DNA of 64,000 bases from contig CM119265.1 of assembly GCA_051294375.1 (NCBI GenBank), forward strand, positions 7,941,568-8,005,567, in the 5' to 3' direction. Of the stretch, positions 59,598 to 64,000 are shown one piece after another. The notes under the pieces were generated by a model. That model had not been told where the DNA came from. It did not search any database and was given only the letters and a program-made list of their open reading frames with translations. The position numbers were made by a program, and so were the translations under genes. Position 1 is the first letter of the stretch. Every line of letters begins with the position of its first letter. This stretch comes from Paraspadella gotoi. Taxonomy: Eukaryota > Animalia > Chaetognatha.

Positions 59598-61176
59598 GTG
59601 GAATGCAGTTCCAGCTGTTTTCTTCTCTCTCTCTTCCGCTTACTTCTCTCAACCTCCCTCGAGAGAGAGAGAGAGAGTAATTCTCTCTTCATCTTTTTCG
59701 CCTTTTTCTCTCTGTCAAAATTTTTTTNNNNNNNNNNNNNNNNNNNNNNNNNNNNNNNNNNNNNNNNNNNNNNNNNNNNNNNNNNNNNNNNNNNNNNNNN
59801 NNNNNNNNNNNNNNNNNNNNNNNNNNNNNNNNNNNNNNNNNNNNNNNNNNNNNNNNNNNNNNNNNNNNNNNNNNNNNNNNNNNNNNNNNNNNNNNNNNNN
59901 NNNNNNNNNNNNNNNNNNNNNNNNNNNNNNNNNNNNNNNNNNNNNNNNNNNNNNNNNNNNNNNNNNNNNNNNNNNNNNNNNNNNNNNNNNNNNNNNNNNN
60001 NNNNNNNNNNNNNNNNNNNNNNNNNNNNNNNNNNNNNNNNNNNNNNNNNNNNNNNNNNNCTTTTTCTTTCTCCTTTTCGCGTCTTTATCAAATTTCGGGG
60101 ACCCATTTCCAAAATCTTTTTCTCCGTCGATCCGTCGTTGTCCTAAACCCTTTACGGTCTTTGTCCCTTGTCCTTTAGTTCCACGGGACATTTCTCTTTT
60201 CCGTATTTTTTTTTTTCTCTTTACGACCGTAACTTTCCTTCTTATTTTTTTCCTTTTTTTCTTTTTCCTTTTTCCTTTTTTCCCTTTTTTCCCTTTTTTC
60301 CCTTTTTTCTTACTTTCCCTTTAACTTTCCTTCTTATTTTTTCCCTTTTTTTCTTTTTCCTTTTTTTTTCTTTTTTCAGAAAATATTTTCCCTAATTCGT
60401 CGAGAATTCGATTCTTTTTCTTTCTCCTTCTCTTCTGCGAGACGAACGCGTAGGGGCAAGACCAGATAAGAGCCCGACGCCGTCTCTCTCTCTCTCTCTC
60501 TCTCTCTCNNNNNNNNNNNNNNNNNNNNNNNNNNNNNNNNNNNNNNNNNNNNNNNNNNNNNNNNNNNNNNNNNNNNNNNNNNNNNNNNNNNNNNNNNNNN
60601 NNNNNNNNNNNNNNNNNNNNNNNNNNNNNNNNNNNNNNNNNNNNNNNNNNNNNNNNNNNNNNNNNNNNNNNNNNNNNNNNNNNNNNNNNNNNNNNNNNNN
60701 NNNNNNNNNNNNNNNNACTAAAAGATTGCAAATTCGCCGCCGAAAATTGTAGCGTGAGTCGACCGTGAAGCTAAGACTTTACAAGCTTTTGCTTCCTTTC
60801 TTTCCTTTCCAACTGCTTTCCTCTTTTTGTACCCTAATATCTTTTTTTCTTTTACTGTGTTCGTGAGATTTACAAGCTTCCCTTCTTTCCTTTCCTCCTT
60901 TTTCTCCGTTTCCTTGATAACTTTTCCTTTTTTTCCTTGCATTATTATTGCTTTGGTTTTCTAATTTTGATATTCCACAGTTTCTAAATTAATTTTTTTT
61001 TCTTTTCTTTCTTTCCTTTTTTTTTTCTTCCTTCATTTTCCTTCCTCTTCCAACGTTTACTTCCTTTTTTTTTCTCTTTATTGCTTAACTTTGTTTCTCT
61101 CCCTGCAATCCGCTCGCGGCCCTGACCGGGAAGCTCGACTAACGGGACGGAGTGAAAGCGAGAGAGATGGAGAGAG

Positions 61177-61179
<3 letters not shown>

Positions 61180-61238
<59 letters not shown>
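61180..61238 (+). repeat. (GA)n microsatellite
   Basis: Pure GA run. Confidence 0.95.
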
Positions 61239-61243
<5 letters not shown>

Positions 61244-61798
61244 GGGAAGAGGTATTCATGGAACTGAACTCGAAAGTGAGAAACAGATTTTATGGTGTGG
61301 GTAAGGAAATATAAAAATGGAACACGAGTTGAGACAAGAGAGAGAGAGAGAGAGTGCGTGTGTGGCAAGTGGTTGGGGCACAATTTCGCTCTTTTGATAA
61401 GTGTGGATATTTAGGATCAGATATTTTACGGTTTGTGGGCAAATTGGATTTTGTCCACAAAGCAAAAACGAGAAGTGCGAGAAAAGTTGGATTGAAGATT
61501 TCAGCGCAGGAGAGGGCGAGAAAGGGCGAGAAAGGGTAAGGAAAGGGTGAGTTATGACGCGGGTGAGGGAGGTCTTCGTCTTGATGAGTTTTTGTCGGAC
61601 GATGGAAAAACGTTTTTTGAAAAAAAAAATGATTTTTTTTATCTCTTAGTTTCCCTTTCCTTTCCTTCCTTTCTTTTTTTCCTTTTTTTCTTTTCTTTTT
61701 TCCTTCTTTTCGATCCTCGCACCATTTTTAGCAACAAGAGGCAGAGGCTGAAGCTCTTCTCAATCTCAGCTCTGACTTCACAACAAAACAAACACGGA

Positions 61799-61799
<1 letters not shown>

Positions 61800-61833
<34 letters not shown>
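61800..61833 (+). repeat. (GAC)n microsatellite
   Basis: About 11 units. Confidence 0.95.
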
Positions 61834-61834
<1 letters not shown>

Positions 61835-62863
61835 AAAGAACGTCGATAACTCGGCGTTTATTCGCATCCAATTTCAGAATCTCTCTCACTCCCTTTTTTT
61901 TTATTTTACATACATAACATTCCTCACTTGAACTATATTTCATATGTAGCGAAAAACGGTAAAAAAATTCAAAAATCTTATAAGCGTTTCTACTACACCA
62001 CATTAGCTCTCTCTCTCTCTTTCTTTCATTCTTTCTTTCTTCTTTCACTGGTGATTTTTACAAATTCCTTTTTCGAGAATTTTCGTGTTCCTCTCATATA
62101 TTTCTAAAGGATCATTCGTCACTTTTAATCTTCGCTAATAGACCCGCGAAAAATGTGAGAGAGAGAGAGAGAGANNNNNNNNNNNNNNNNNNNNNNNNNN
62201 NNNNNNNNNNNNNNNNNNNNNNNNNNNNNNNNNNNNNNNNNNNNNNNNNNNNNNNNNNNNNNNNNNNNNNNNNNNNNNNNNNNNNNNNNNNNNNNNNNNN
62301 NNNNNNNNNNNNNNNNNNNCATCCTCTTCAATTTCCAACTCATTCCTTCACTCTTTTGCCTCGTTCCCTTTTCGCCACTTACCTGATTCCCTGCGCAGAC
62401 CTTACCTCTCCTTCTCTGGCTTCGTTTCGAAAACTTTCTTCCTCAAGGTCTTTTTCTCTCCATTTTCCTCGCTCTTCCTTTTTTTTTCCTTCCTTTATTT
62501 CTTCCCTTTTTTTCCCCTCCTTTCTTTTCTCAGTTGGGACTCGATTGAATTTTTGAAGCGGGTTCAAGAAAAAACTGGGAAACTGTCTTTGCGGAAACGT
62601 AACTCGTTTTTTTCCCCACGAGACTCAAACTCAATCTTTTTCAACGTCCAAAGTTGAAGGTTTTTTTCCCTTTGAGTAATTTGGTCAATTCTTTTAAATA
62701 TTATACAAAACAATGATATATATATCCATAGGCTTTATTTATTGATAACTATTTTTACTTATGTAGTTCACGAATTAAAAAAAAAATCCAAATTAAATCG
62801 TTTATTGTTTTTACAAAATTCTTATTCAACTGTTTTGTATGAACTCTTTTTTTCCTTCTCAAA

Positions 62864-63050
62864 GGAAACTTACGTAGTTTCAACTTTTCAATATCCACAA
62901 CCTCGCTTAACAAGCAATCTTGACCCCGGTAACAAGCTCTCTCCGAAGAAAAGGAATCTTGACAGTCTTTTCTTCGAGGCCCCGAATTTTTCGCCCTTTC
63001 CTTCGTTCGGGTCCAAGTCGTACGATGTTCCTTGCCTCATTTGCATATTT
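62864..63050. other. Complex exon-like island, strand unresolved
   Basis: Plus strand: TTCCTTCTCAAAG acceptor then ETYVVSTFQYPQPRLTSNLDPGNKLSPKKRNLDSLFFEAPNF. Minus strand: ...QDCLLSEVVDIEKLKL followed by a GTAAGT donor. Confidence 0.2.
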
Positions 63051-64000
63051 TTCCATCATTTTTTCCCTCTTTCTCTTCCTTTCCAATTTTCCTTCTTTTC
63101 CTTTCCCATTTCCCTTTTCTTTCCAACTCTTTAAACTCTTCCTGTACATTTATTAATATTTTCGTCTAATATTGATAATTATATTCTTCTTTCTTTCTTC
63201 TATATTTTCTTGAATCCTCACCCGACTTCGTTCCACTCTTGACCGCCTCACTGATTTCCCNNNNNNNNNNNNNNNNNNNNNNNNNNNNNNNNNNNNNNNN
63301 NNNNNNNNNNNNNNNNNNNNNNNNNNNNNNNNNNNNNNNNNNNNNNNNNNNNNNNNNNNNNNNNNNNNNNNNNNNNNNNNNNNNNNNNNNNNNNNNNNNN
63401 NNNNNNNNNNNNNNNNNNNNNNNNNNNNNNNNNNNNNNNNNNNNNNNNNNNNNNNNNNNNNNNNNNNNNNNNNNNNNNNNNNNNNNNNNNNNNNNNNNNN
63501 NNNNNNNNNNNNNNNNNNNNNNNNNNNNNNNNNNNNNNNNNNNNNNNNNNNNNNNNNNNNNNNNNNNTCTCTCTCTCTCCCTCTCCCTCTCGCTCTGTTT
63601 CTCTCGCTCTCGCTTTTCTTCTTGCAGCGAAACGAGTCTCAAATCTGACTAACCTCCTTTTCTCCTTTCCTCCTTTCCTCCTTTCCTCCTTTCCACTCCT
63701 CCTCCTCTTTCTCCCCCCTTTCCTTTTCCATCCTCCGCTCACATTTTCCCTTTGTCTTTGACTATTTGCCAAACTACGTGTTCTGCCCCGTGCTCTTGTT
63801 CCTCTTTCAAGGGCCTTCTGTAAAAGAGAAGGAAAAGGAGAAGCGAAGAAAGACGGAAAACTTTTCATACGCTTTCTTTCTTTCTCTTTTTGAAATTTTT
63901 TACTCTCTGTCTTTCTTTCTTTCTTTATTTTTCTTTATTTTTTTCTCTTTTTCTCTTCTTTTGAGTCTCTTTCTTTCTTTCTATCTTACATTGTTTTTTT

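Overview
This is a eukaryotic draft-assembly window, probably from an invertebrate animal; that assignment rests only on ETS/YY1/E2F-type motifs, abundant CpG and GT-AG-like signals. About 31 N-gaps cover roughly 5.6 kb. (GA/TC)n arrays are very dense, with (GAC)n and (GGC)n arrays and long polypurine/polypyrimidine tracts. I recognised no protein family, rRNA, tRNA or CRISPR array, and nearly all listed ORFs come from N-runs or simple repeats. About 15 kb is redundant: inverted and direct re-copies (13.7-18.0/21.9-25.9 kb, 15.7-16.5/16.8-17.5 kb, 30.9-35.2/35.2-39.5 kb, 40.3-41.6 kb, 48-53.7/53.7-58.7 kb) lie next to gaps of exactly 25 N and mostly differ by scattered indels, which indicates long-read gap-filling artefacts. 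The best-supported biological object is a ~3.2 kb non-autonomous DNA transposon (30368-33575) with ~190 bp imperfect TIRs, an 8-bp TSD (GTGCCCAA) and an internal fold-back. Several promoter-like motif clusters and unidentifiable exon-like segments are present. One speculative but testable observation is that several coding-looking frames are interrupted mainly by TAG/TAA; stop reassignment is possible, but pseudogenes, splicing or assembly errors are at least as likely.
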